A DNA stretch of 59,112 nucleotides, counting the filler, from Dugesia japonica (lineage: Eukaryota): the NCBI GenBank assembly GCA_001938525.1. It is 5 parts of 5 records of this genome, joined end to end, with 100 filler letters (N's around TTAATTAATTAA, not from the genome) between each part and the next. Parts side by side here need not be neighbours in the genome. Positions count along the whole stretch, not along the records: positions 1 to 8,395 come from MQRL01489202.1; positions 8,496 to 30,357 come from MQRL01491107.1; 3 more parts are not named here. The stretch is one strand, 5' to 3'. How positions within the stretch are numbered: position 1 is the stretch's first letter; each line of letters starts with the position of its first letter. A program made the position numbers and the translations under genes. Below the pieces are notes generated by a model. It did not search any database. It had not been told where the DNA came from and saw only the letters and a program-made list of their open reading frames with translations. Positions 1 through 10,623 of this stretch are shown in pieces.

Positions 1-1305
1 TACCTCCAAACCATAACAAGAGGATTTGTTATTTTACAGTAAATAAAAAAAAAGTTGTTTATACAACATGATATAACAATAATTAAAGTCAATTATAATT
101 AATATTACCAGCAGCTCCTCTTGAAGCAATAATTTGGTTATGGGTCAGGGACTTTGTGCTAAAGAGAGAAGTCAGTATTTCTTCTTCAGTAGACCAAAAT
201 ATTTGCAGTGAGGTCCACAATCCATCTAGTACATAGATTTTTGGCTTCGTTTATTCAAAGAATGAAACAAGCCGAGATCACTAATGTTTAATTCTGGAAA
301 TTGAGCCGGCTGGTTCGTAACAGTGACAGCTGGAATTAAACTGTCTCTAAAACCAATTAACGTTTGTACGCTGTTTTTACCAACATGTGAAGGATCATTA
401 TCCATATGAATAAAAACGTTTTTGCACCAGTGCATCTTGTTTGAAATTGCAGGCATGGTTTTATTATACAACAGTTGTGCAATATATATTGTTTGTGCAA
501 TCGACTTTGTAAACATCACCTTTTTTGTGGTTTTTTTAAGATCGCTGGGCTACTTGGTCTTCTTGAATCCTCTAAATGCCGATTAGACCGTTTAAATTAT
601 TTTAAGAATTTTGTTTGGCAACAGCAGTTATTATCATAATTTTAGGGATATTAGCCTTGCTTAATAAGAATACTTTTTTCCTCAGACTATTCTAATGATA
701 TTTTTTTATGACTGAAGGAATACTATTCGAACCATTTTTCATCAATGTCCAGATAATTATTCCATACATTATATCTGTGTAGTCAGTACGACCTCAACCT
801 TTCAACCTTTTGATCAACTGTTAAAAGTGGACATGTTCTTCTAGGTACGAATCTGAATTCTTCATCTTTAATTATTCTTTGGACTCTAGTTGTTGGAATG
901 GCTTTATCTTTTGAAATATCACAAATGCTACTATAACGACGCTTACGAATGGCATTTGTTACTGCTGCCACCAGTTCTTCGTAGGTTACAACATAAGGTC
1001 TGCCAGAGCCTTGTTTTCTTGCAATTGTACCACATTCAAAAAAGATTCTCCGCAAAAAATTTAATTTGAATGCCTTGCATAATTTTTTAACCGTTGAGTA
1101 TACTGGTTTCAACTTTCTTATCTTAAAAAATAATATCTATAATTTAATAATAATATCATTTTTTGTTCTGCTGATAGGGTTGACATTTTAAAAGTCTTCT
1201 TAAAATTAAACAAAAATAGCTAGTTATAAAAAAATTTAAATGATGTGATGAAATTTGATATATTGATAAAATTAATAAATTCACTTTTTTATGGTTTGGA
1301 GGTAG
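1..1305 (-). mobile_element. DD39D-like (plant-mariner/Stowaway-type) Tc1/mariner element with a decayed transposase
   Basis: The TIR at the window start (tacctccaaaccataacaagaggattt) is inverted to ~1278-1305 (aattcactttttt atggtttggaggtag), which is followed by TA. Minus-strand motifs: YLDIDEKWF, IPKIMIITAVAK and IHMDND...QPAQFPELNISDLGLF. ORF pieces are 783-1112 and 226-519. Confidence 0.85.
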
Positions 1306-2552
1306 TAGATACATAAGAGTACCACTGAGATATACTATCACATCACAAAATATTGATATCTATGAAATTTTAGACATATATGTAATCAGGGTTGACTTCT
1401 TGGTATTTCGAAAACTTTCTATTTAATTGATATTAACATCTATGTATTCTGAAATTTATCTATGCATTTTCTGAGCTGGTTTTCCCCTTCTTTTATGTGG
1501 AAAATTGAAAATCTTTGTGGATTTCTATGCATTATAATTGAAATATTTATGTAAAATAACACACAAAAGTCAATTATTAGAAATATTTATTTAAATCATA
1601 CACATGTTCTTTATTAGTTACATAGAAATTCGACCAATATGTCTTTATCAGTCATTTCTTTTACATTTATTTCCTCATTGGACTGCGTATCAGTCATTTT
1701 ATCATCAATAATATCATTATTAGTAGACGTATCAGTAGATAGATTTGTCAGCATGACCCCATCATTTTGATTGGCCAATTCTGCTTCACCCCTCCCCCCT
1801 TCCCCATATCAATAATTATTCATCGTTGATTATTGATTATTGATCTGATCGATTATTGATTTTTGAAGTGATCATTAATTTTTTATATGATTTTTTGATT
1901 ACTAAAGTGAATTTTGATTTGCAAGTTCGTTTTAGAGTGCTGGGATAAGGGGGAGTGGAGGTTAAAGAGGTCGGGTTGGTTGGTAAATGTGTGTTTGAAT
2001 TGACCAATCAAAATAATGAGGTCATGCTGACCAATATACCGTGGATTTGGTTTAATTAAGTCTAGTTGTAGGAATTTCAAATTTTTGTTTTAAATAACAA
2101 ATAAATTAAGCGGGAAATTCAAATTTCATAAAATAAATTTTCAAATTTTTTCTTCAATTATTTTTTTTTAATTTTTCCAGCGATAAATTTAAAAATTTTT
2201 TCTTTTCTTCTTCTTCTTATGTCCAATATTTTTAATTTATTTTATCTTTTTTTTTATTTTTTTTATTTTTTATTGAGTTTTGATGTTGTATTTGAATAGT
2301 GTTTTTAAGTTTGTATCTAATGACATTGATAACTTTTAACAAAAATTTTTCTGTTGGTTACAGTGACGTGTTTTCGAATTACAGTTAATAGGTTCCAGTG
2401 TTGCAATTCCTTGGCGGATATGGATAATTTTTAGTTTGAATGAAAGAAGAACACTGGGACAGGTGATGGTGAAAAGATTTAGTAATTCTTATGTAACGGT
2501 GCTTGTGTGTGTAAACATTAAAGGTTTTAAATGAAAATCACGACATAATGGG

Positions 2553-2790
2553 TGATGGGTAATAGTTTTCGGGTTTTGACGGTATATTTGACTTTGCTAT
2601 CAAAATCGGTCTAAAGGTTGTCAAAGGTAACTACGAGCTAAAATGTTTTTGTGTTGCAAAAATGAGTTTTTAGTAGATTTAGTGTTTTTTTCAGGATAAA
2701 AATTATTAAAAATTATTTGAAATGTGATTTTGGGTGATTACGTGTTGCTTATGTGATAAACCTGAGTTGAATCCTTAATGCATTAATTTT
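2553..2790 (+). repeat. Inner part of the left terminal inverted repeat of the Polinton-like element
   Basis: Reverse complement of 8138-8395. For example atttgactttgctatcaaaatcgg and gttgcaaaaatgagtttt are shared, with substitutions and one indel of about 20 bp. Confidence 0.9.
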
Positions 2791-2969
2791 TTTTCTCTTA
2801 AAAATTATTTACATTAATAAAATTAATTAACTTAACAATTAATGTAGTTTAAATGAAGTAAAATTAATAATTTTTTTTGTTTAAATTCAGTGAAATTATA
2901 GAACGTTTTCATAAAAAACATATTAACTGTGAGTTTTTCTATACAAAATTTCTGTTTTTATTATTTTGT

Positions 2970-3311
2970 ATAGAAAATTGTCATTACGTATGTGTTTATT
3001 ATAGAAACATTGCATCACCATTATGTTTTTTATAGAAATATTGCATGGCTAATATGCTTTTTATAGATACATTGCATGACTAATATTTTTTTATAGACAA
3101 ATTGCATGACTAATATGTTTTTATAGAAAGATTGTCACTAGTAATATGTTTTTTATAGACAAATTGCATGGCTAATATGTATTTCTATAGACAAATTGCA
3201 TGGCTAATATGTTTTTCTATAGAAACATTGTCACTAGTAATATGTTTTTTTATAGAAAAATTGCATGACTAATACATTATTTATATAAAATTACCTAGCT
3301 ATATGTTTTTT
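2970..3311. repeat. Tandem array of about 11 imperfectly palindromic 30-33 bp units
   Basis: Units start at about 2970, 3001, 3032, 3063, 3093, 3123, 3155, 3187, 3219, 3252 and 3283. The consensus is approximately ATAGAAACAT-TGCATGACTAAT-ATGTTTTTT. Confidence 0.9.
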
Positions 3312-3374
3312 AGTTCTGTTTTTATCATCTTGTAAAGAATAGTTTTTATTTGAATATTTTAACATGTAAATATC

Positions 3375-3756
3375 ACAGAGGTATTACTAGTTTTCCGGTT
3401 TAGAACACATTTACACATAAAGGGTCGTATTTTACCAGTCTTAAAGCAGGAAATAACTCTGGTTCGAACCAACAGTTGACTATTCTTGCTAATTTATACA
3501 CATTAATTGAAACTCCTACATTTACTACGATTGTTAACGACTGTAGTTGTAAATTTTTGAGATTATAGGGGTTCAAATCATGTTGTTTCAATAGTTTCTT
3601 ATAACCCATTATTCTGCATTTTCCTGATCTGAAGAATATAATTGTAAATTTGTCACTTTTGACTTTGAATTGACATGGTTTACCTTAAAAAAAGTTCATT
3701 TTCTTTGTTACTTCTTGAGATACTTCACCTCAATATTTGTTATATATTTGTTATCA
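3375..3756 (-). pseudogene. Compact TATA-box-binding-protein (TBP)-like gene, disrupted
   Basis: The reconstructed frame reads ...KFTIIFFRSGKCRIMG...LQLQSLTIVVNVGVSINVYKLARIVNCWFEPELFPALRLVKYDPLCVNVF*TGKLVI. This matches both TBP repeats (LIFSSGKMVCTG and YEPELFPGLIYRM...LIFVSGKVV). It has in-frame stops and a frameshift. Confidence 0.85.
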
Positions 3757-3845
3757 TAATTATTGAATTAATGAGGAAAATTGGGGTTTTGATGGAATTA
3801 ATTTAATGTATTCCATAAAACAAATATAAACAATGTTAAGTTATA

Positions 3846-5104
3846 CTAGGTTGAGTCAAAAGTTTCTGGGCACTTTTTATGTCTATTTTATTTTTAAAAA
3901 AGCGGCGTTATTTTAAAACCAATTGTATTATCTATTTTTATATGTTAAGTTAATTATTATAGATTTAATTTTTAAAAAAAATCATCATAAAAGCTCACAA
4001 AATGGTGGACGTAAAAATCATAATTTGCGGTATTCTGCGTCATATTTGAAAACAGGGTCTTAGCATAAGAGCAACAGCCATGAAAATATGTGAAATTGAA
4101 GGTCCTGGGATAGTCTCAAAAGTCACCGTAGAAGAATGATTTCGTAGATTTAATGAAGGCGATATCAGTCTGGGAAAAAATAACGTTCTGGAAGGCCATC
4201 AGTCCTGATAAAAGAAGCTTTGTTGCAAGGTATTCAACAAAGGCCAGACACCAGCACTAGCATACTGGCTACTCAATTTAGGACATCGCAATCAACCATT
4301 GTTCGGCACCTTCACGAACTTTGTTTTGTAAATAAGAAACCAAGATGTTTTTGCATTAAACGTTTTGATCAACTAGCACAAAAGAGAGAAGAAATTTGCA
4401 ACAAATTGTTGGATAATCCTAAAGATTACAGGTTCTGGAGACGAATCATAACTGGCGATGAAAAGTGGATGTATCTCAAAAATTTTATTATCAAAAGGCA
4501 GTGGCTTCAGCCAGGTCAGACGGCATCATTGGTAGCTAAAAATGGAAGGTTTGAACACAAGATGATGTTATCCATATTGTGGGATTTTGAAGGCCCTGTA
4601 TTATTGGAGCTAATTCTTGAATGCCAGGCTGTGGATGAAAACCTGTATACTGCACAATTGGAACGACTTTATGATGTTCTGGTCACTCGTTATCCAGCTT
4701 TAATCAATAAAAAAATGGGTATTTCTGCGCATGATAATACTCCAGCGCATACCTCTAGAATGGTAAAGTCTAACTTAGAAGTGCTCGATGGAATCGAACT
4801 AATATCTCATCCAGCTTATAGTCCAGACTAAGCTCTATAAAATTATTACTTATTCCGGTCAAGGAGTCATTTTCTGATTAGCAAAAAATTTAATTCAGTA
4901 GCAGATGTCAAATGTGAAGTTCTTGGTTTTTGCAGTCAAAGCCACCAGAATGGTATCAGAAAGGAATTCAAAATTTAGCTGATAGATGTTTGAAGACCTT
5001 ATCTAGTGAAGGATTTTATTTTGATAAAAAAAACTGTGATGTTTTTATAACTTTTTTTATATATATTTTTAGTTTAGTGTCCGGGAAATTTTGACTCAAC
5101 CTTG
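3846..5104 (+). mobile_element. Full-length mariner (SETMAR/Mos1-type, DD34D-like) with a disrupted transposase
   Basis: 29-bp imperfect TIRs (ctaggttgagtcaaaagtttctgggcact and agtgtccgggaaattttgactcaaccttg) with TA on both sides. Motifs IITGDEKW, HDNTPAH and HPAYSPD are present. Confidence 0.95.
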
Positions 5105-5145
5105 TAAATAAATTTAAAACAATATATAGAAATTAAGAAATACAG

Positions 5146-5698
5146 TCTATCAAATTGTTGGACGTAGTGGTAGCGGAAAAACTTTGTATGTAAATTATAG
5201 AAATCAAAGTTATTCAAGTCTAAATTTAAAAACATCTACTGGCATAGAGGTGCAGATGAAAAGAATGGACTGACTAAATCNGAATTTTGTAATATTAAAA
5301 TGAAAATTATAAATGGATTTGATAAAAATTGGAGCAAAGGATTGAGACCAGGTGATTTTATTGTTGTTGATTGATTTGTATCAGGAGGCGAATAAAGAAA
5401 CCGATTTCAATGATTTATTCACAAATATATCAAGACATTGCAAAATGATTGTGATATTTATTACTCAAATTTTATTTCATCAAGGAATTAGTCATAGAAC
5501 CCGCAATATTTGGTTCTATTCAAAAATCCTAGAGATCAGACTGTTGTTGATTTTCTAGCAAGAAAAGCATATCCGAATAACAGACAATTTCTAATTGAAT
5601 CATTTCAGGATGCAACTTTACTCAACTATGTCCAAATAGAGTGAAAACTAATAAATTCAGTCCAATTTGGTATATCAGTGTATAAACAAAATAGGTAA
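5146..5698 (+). pseudogene. A32-like (Polinton/NCLDV-type) packaging ATPase, disrupted
   Basis: Walker A is YQIVGRSGSGKT. A frameshifted Walker B region reads FIVVD/DLYQEA, followed by LFTNISRHCKMIVIFITQ and LVLFKNPRDQ...FLARKAYP...F LIESFQDAT. The probable original ATG at 3833 is now separated by the mariner insertion. Confidence 0.9.
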
Positions 5699-5718
5699 TT
5701 TTCTTAATATTTTATAAT

Positions 5719-5955
5719 ATGGCAAAATTTAAGAAAATTGTAGTTGATTCAGTTACTGATGATGATGTTAAACTACCAAAAAAGCAAACTGTTAAAAAAA
5801 ATAACGAAGAAATCTTATAAGAAAATATCTCACAAGAAGCAATCACATAAGAAAACATATGCAAACAAGAATAACCAATTGAATACATTTAAGAAACTTG
5901 CAAAAGTAGTGGAAAGAAACTGAAAATAAAGAATGGAACATGGATATCATTATAA
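5719..5955 (+). pseudogene. Small Polinton-associated ORF remnant (MAKFKKIVVD...GTWISL*) with internal stops
   Basis: An ATG-to-stop frame packed tightly between the ATPase and the PW-like gene. Confidence 0.4.
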
Positions 5956-5994
5956 AAAATTCTTTGGTATGTATTTTTTATTGAAATAAAAAAA

Positions 5995-6318
5995 ATGAAA
6001 TTAGAAAGAAGTATTCCGTTTTTTACCGCCTTGATTAAATCATCAAACTTTTTTAGAATGAGAATTTTACAATTCTTTTCACTGTATGTTATAGATGATT
6101 TAAATGAAATTATTCTAAATATTGTTCACGGTAATGTAAATTTGATCGAAACTAAAACGGATATATTGAAAAAAACATAAAAAACATTATTGACGCATGT
6201 AAATATATAAAATAGGAAATTAATGAGATGAGTTATCATAAATAATCAAAGAGGGGACTTTATAACTGCATTACAACTAATTGCATTAGCATCCCTAGGA
6301 CTTACTCATTTTAAATAA
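5995..6318 (+). pseudogene. Polinton PW-like conserved protein remnant
   Basis: NEIILNIVHGNVNL followed by a basic segment and NQRGDFITALQLIALASLG resembles the Polinton/adintovirus pattern 'E..LN.LKGNV.L...QKGGFL..L'. Confidence 0.65.
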
Positions 6319-6411
6319 ACAATGGTTGCTTATGAATAATATATCAATAATTAATGAGTGGATTGCAATAATTACATAATTTTGAACTGAAATTTGCATC
6401 GAATTGTTGTA

Positions 6412-6535
6412 ATGAGGAAACTAAAGACAAAATTAACGGATCCTAAAAACCCAACAGGTTTTCGAGGCGTAGAAAAGATAATGAAAGCAGCTCAAAAACA
6501 TTGAAAAATAGCTGTATCAACCATTAGACATATGT
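6412..6535 (+). pseudogene. N-terminal fragment of a Polinton-type retroviral-like integrase
   Basis: DPKNPTGFRGVEKIMKAAQ resembles the usual Polinton integrase start (YYDP..P..F.G...L). The rest is deleted. Confidence 0.55.
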
Positions 6536-7304
6536 TGACGGTTATAATAATGAAGAAAATGTTTTAGTCGATCAATTTGAATTGCATCGAAAAATCATCA
6601 GTTGTTTAGCATAAAAAGTAAGAAAATAGGATTAAGCAACAAGGATTATAAGAAGTACTGGTTAGAGAAAAATGAAAGCGTGCTTTACGGACATTTTAAA
6701 ATAAAATGAAATACTTTTCATGATTAAACGTCATATGATATGGTCTCATGGAGAATAAGAGCTTCAGCAGTGGTTATTAATTTTTATTTTATATCATGAA
6801 TTATTTAAAAATATTTATTTTCGACAAGAAAAAAAACATTGTATATATATGTGTGTGTGTGTGCGTATCAAAAACAATTGAGAATGATTAATCAGTCCTC
6901 TTTAGGACCAATTGTGATAATTTTGAATAAAAAATAAAAGATTTTTTATTATAAGTGTTATTTTTTTATATTAATAAATAATTTTTTATTGTCATTAGCA
7001 TGCATTAGGCATGCATTAAGCATGAAATATAAAAGTAAAATTATGTTCTATTACCATGAATTTAGATTTGGTAATAAAACAAATGATTGAAAGCATTGAT
7101 AAAAATTATTCTGTAAGTGAACTTCTATTAAGTCCACAAAATAATCAAAGTAATATTTTACTTTTTTAAATTTGATTAAAATAAATAAAAAGAATTTTTT
7201 TGAATAATATTTATTTAATGAAATGACAACAAATAACATTAAAAAATGTCTTTATAACAATAAAACTTGATGTATCTTCGTGCTTTTCTCATGAAATATC
7301 GGAT

Positions 7305-7874
7305 CTAAACTAAAATTATTAATTTTTTAATAAATAAAAACAAAGTACCATCACTTTTTTTTTCTATCTTACATTGCCGTTGTATTTCTGGACTTTGATA
7401 AACAAAATCTACTTTCAATCTGTTTGTAATTCTTTTCTTTTCTTCTTTATAAAGTTTGATTGCTGCTGTTGGTGGGTTTAGATTTAAAAACTTTACTAGA
7501 TTTTTTATTAAAAATCTCATATTTTCTAGTTCTTGCGGATTGTTACTGAGCTTATCTATACAACCATCTTTCCTCGTGGCAACTAAACTGTCAAGGAATT
7601 GAATTTTTTCTAATGCATGTAGCCTATCTTGTAACTTCTCCAAACTGTACAGATACAATAATATCTCATTGTTTGATATCTCTGTCAACGGTGGCTTAAA
7701 TAGATCTAGATTATAATGAATCTTTAAAATTTCTGCTTTATTTACTACACATCTGGTTAGATTGTCTGGATAATTGAGGGTATAATTTTGGTTCATAATT
7801 GCTTCAATTTTGTATTTATAATTTTCCTTGTAATCTTTATTGTCTTCGTTACATATCTCAATATCTTTATTCAT
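7305..7874 (-). CDS. Intact 189-aa hypothetical protein inside the Polinton-like element
   Basis: An uninterrupted ATG-started ORF in very AT-rich DNA. I recognise no motif. Confidence 0.5.
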   Translation of the reverse strand: MNKDIEICNEDNKDYKENYKYKIEAIMNQNYTLNYPDNLTRCVVNKAEILKIHYNLDLFKPPLTEISNNEILLYLYSLEKLQDRLHALEKIQFLDSLVATRKDGCIDKLSNNPQELENMRFLIKNLVKFLNLNPPTAAIKLYKEEKKRITNRLKVDFVYQSPEIQRQCKIEKKSDGTLFLFIKKLIILV

Positions 7875-8137
7875 TTCAAATTGTCGTAAAGACGTTTTCT
7901 TTAAGTCTGTCGTTTCATTTTTTAAATAAATAATGAAATAATTTAATTATGTGGTATGTATAAAATATTATTGGTTCTAAAATGGACAGAAAAATACTTG
8001 AAACCAAAGAAGAACTACCTAGAGGAACAAAAATCTGAAGACGAAAAGGAAAAATTAAAATTTTGTAATAATAAATGTTTATTACTTTAAAATTCTTTTC
8101 ATTTTGTAAGTAGTAAATGAAGAAATTTTAAAAATAT

Positions 8138-8395
8138 TAATTAATACAATTGAGATACCACTCATATGCAACAGATAAGCAACATACAATAACCAAAAAG
8201 CACATGTCAAATAGTTTTTAATAATTTTTATCCTCATAAAAACATTAAATTTACTCAAAACTCATTTTTGCAACTCAAAAATTGCATTCATGTAACACAC
8301 AAAACGTTTAGCTCCTAGTTACCTTTGTCAACCTATAAACCGATTTTGATAGCAAAGTCAAATAACCATAGAAACCCAAAAATTATTACCCGTCA
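8138..8395 (-). repeat. Inner part of the right terminal inverted repeat of the Polinton-like element (runs into the gap)
   Basis: ccgattttgatagcaaagtcaaat and aaaactcatttttgcaac are inverted copies of sequence in 2553-2790. Confidence 0.9.
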
Positions 8396-8495
8396 NNNNN
8401 NNNNNNNNNNNNNNNNNNNNNNNNNNNNNNNNNNNNNNNTTAATTAATTAANNNNNNNNNNNNNNNNNNNNNNNNNNNNNNNNNNNNNNNNNNNN
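8396..8495. other. Artificial contig linker N44-TTAATTAATTAA-N44 (also 30358-30457, 41067-41166, 49536-49635)
   Basis: An identical 100-bp structure with stop codons in all six frames occurs four times. Confidence 0.95.
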
Positions 8496-8559
8496 TTAAT
8501 GAAATCTCAAATCCGATCAATGGTTAAGTCCAACAATTATTCTCACAATAATTGTAATT

Positions 8560-10623
8560 ATAAAATTGCGGTTTTATTAAAAAATTAAGATTGAAAATAT
8601 TTTTATTAAATTTAGATCTGTTTTTTCATCAGTTTATATTTCAGGAAAATTAAAGCGTTTAAAGATTTATCGGATAAGCTTGACTGAATTTTTATACTAA
8701 AATTACTGGAAACGCTGAAAACTCTCAATATCAGTCGATATTGGCTTGATACACAACAACGCTTCATATAATCTTTGTACGTTTTCAGTACGTTTACCCG
8801 TATTTCTAAATAGTACAAACTGTTGCTTAATCCATTTAAACTCGCCTGATACTGCTGCTGATGATGATTTTAGCTGAGAAGATTTCTGGAATAGTATAAT
8901 AAATTCATAACGCAATGATAATTACTCACTTGGATTCGAATGGAGTTGAGATGATTCTCCACCTTCATCCTGTCCATGTTCAGCTGATAATGTGCCGAAA
9001 AGACGAAAACACAGCTTGCCAGCATACGCTATCATGGCTTTTGATGGAGATTTTTCGGGATCTTTTATAGAATCGAACAAGTTAAAGCCATTAATATTGG
9101 TTCTCCCATCTGTTCGGCGCTTCAAATTTTCGTAAAAATCCACGCTTATGTATGTATTTTGTTCTCTCAACTTGTTTAGCATAAAATTAATGGTTGTGTG
9201 AACTGTTAATAAAGTTTCCAAGACTTGAAATTTCAACTTGTTGGCGAGTTCAAGTTCATTTAGTTCAGTGAATGTCTCAAAAAGACTAAGTTTCGTTATG
9301 AGAAGAGAAACTGTCATAGTAATAATAGTAATCCGTCGATGTTTGACGTCTAATTGCAACTCAACCTCCTTATTACCATTTCGTTGCTTTACTTTATCCT
9401 GGAAAATCTGGTTTCATACATCTGAGCTTCAAATAAATTTAACGACTTTCCTATCATATTTTAAATCCTCGCAGAAATCTACCTCCTCTTCATTAACATA
9501 ATCACTATTGGGAGTGACCTCAAAATAAACAGCAGAGTTGTAATCATCATTCTCATTGTTGACAATTAAATCATATTTTGTGTTATCTTGCTTTTTATAT
9601 AGATGCCGAGATGTATACCGTGGTTTAGGCAAAACTGATTTGACTTCTAGCAAGTACGTTAACTTCTTGTTAATAGCAGCGCCGTCCTGAGTAGATCCAA
9701 TTAAGTCTTTTTCCGCATCAATACCAAAATATTTCAAATAATTCACAACTACTTCCTTCATTTTCTCGGCATTATATGATCCCATGATATGAACCATGCC
9801 AGTCTTATGTGTCTTTCTATCACAGTGTACGTTAATTCCAAAATATCTTCGCTGGCGAACTGTCGAATACTCATCAAGAGTCACAGAAATCTTTCCGTCT
9901 ATCAATTTGAGATGTTATTTGCTGGATTATCATTGCTTTATTGTCTTCATAATCATCGTGGATCAAGCTTGTAACACAACTTTCATTTTAAAGAAATTTG
10001 AAGATATACTGTTGTATTGATTCTCGATTATATGCATTCTGAGTTATTGCACGAATTGATACACCATCTGTAACCATATTGGATATAATTTCGTTAAATT
10101 TCTTGCGTTGGTCAAAGTCAAGCATTGTTTTACCTCTCTTTTCTGAAAAATAAGTCTTGGAAGAAAGATTGTTAACTTCAATTTGGTGTTATTTTTATGA
10201 TGTGCTACAAATGCTAAGGAGGATCAACATGCACACTTAATTGCTACTATATTGCATCCTCAAATAGCTTCGATATTTTTTGTGATAGCGTTCTTTTTCT
10301 TCTCGGCATCATTCCAAATTATTAGCATTATTTGTTGGATCTTAAATAAAAGATTTAATTTATTAGTTCGTCATAAATTAATATAATTATCATTATTATT
10401 TTACATTACCTCATAGAATTTGATAATTGACTTTAATATTAAGAACTTTTTACAATTATAAGTTTGAACGTTAGAATGAAATCAAAATTCTCTAGTTTCG
10501 ATGTATTAAAATCTAAACTTTATTTTGAAAAATTAACCGAGAAATTTTTAAACACCGGTAATAAAAAGCCGCGATTTTTGCTGAAAATTAGCGGTTTTTG
10601 GTTAACCGCAGTGACAAACTCTA
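8560..10623 (-). mobile_element. hAT transposon remnant
   Basis: Minus-strand ORF pieces include SVTLDEYS, STQDGAA and the C-terminal dimerisation motif IKPISTDIE/RVFSVS...LSDKSLNALIFLK. A TAGAG-type end lies at ~10623 (gcagtgacaaactcta). Confidence 0.85.

Larger units (their letters stand above)
1734..8395. mobile_element. Decayed, internally deleted Polinton/Maverick-like element (endogenous virus-like); right end lost in the linker gap
   Basis: The probable left end begins with AGTAGATAG at 1734. A long inverted repeat pairs ~2553-2790 with ~8138-8395. The element contains an A32-like packaging ATPase, a PW-like ORF and an integrase N-terminus. No pPolB or capsid gene is visible. Confidence 0.8.

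Noticed and set aside
2970-3311. CRISPR-like array
   Set aside because: The variable parts are only ~12 bp and recur, there are no cas genes, and the context is eukaryotic.
3400-3609. Host TBP gene exon
   Set aside because: It is too divergent for conserved host TBP, has no splice structure, contains stops and is embedded in a viral gene cassette.
8440-8451. TTAATTAATTAA as a biological palindrome or piggyBac site
   Set aside because: It is centred identically in four 100-bp N blocks, so it is an assembly linker.
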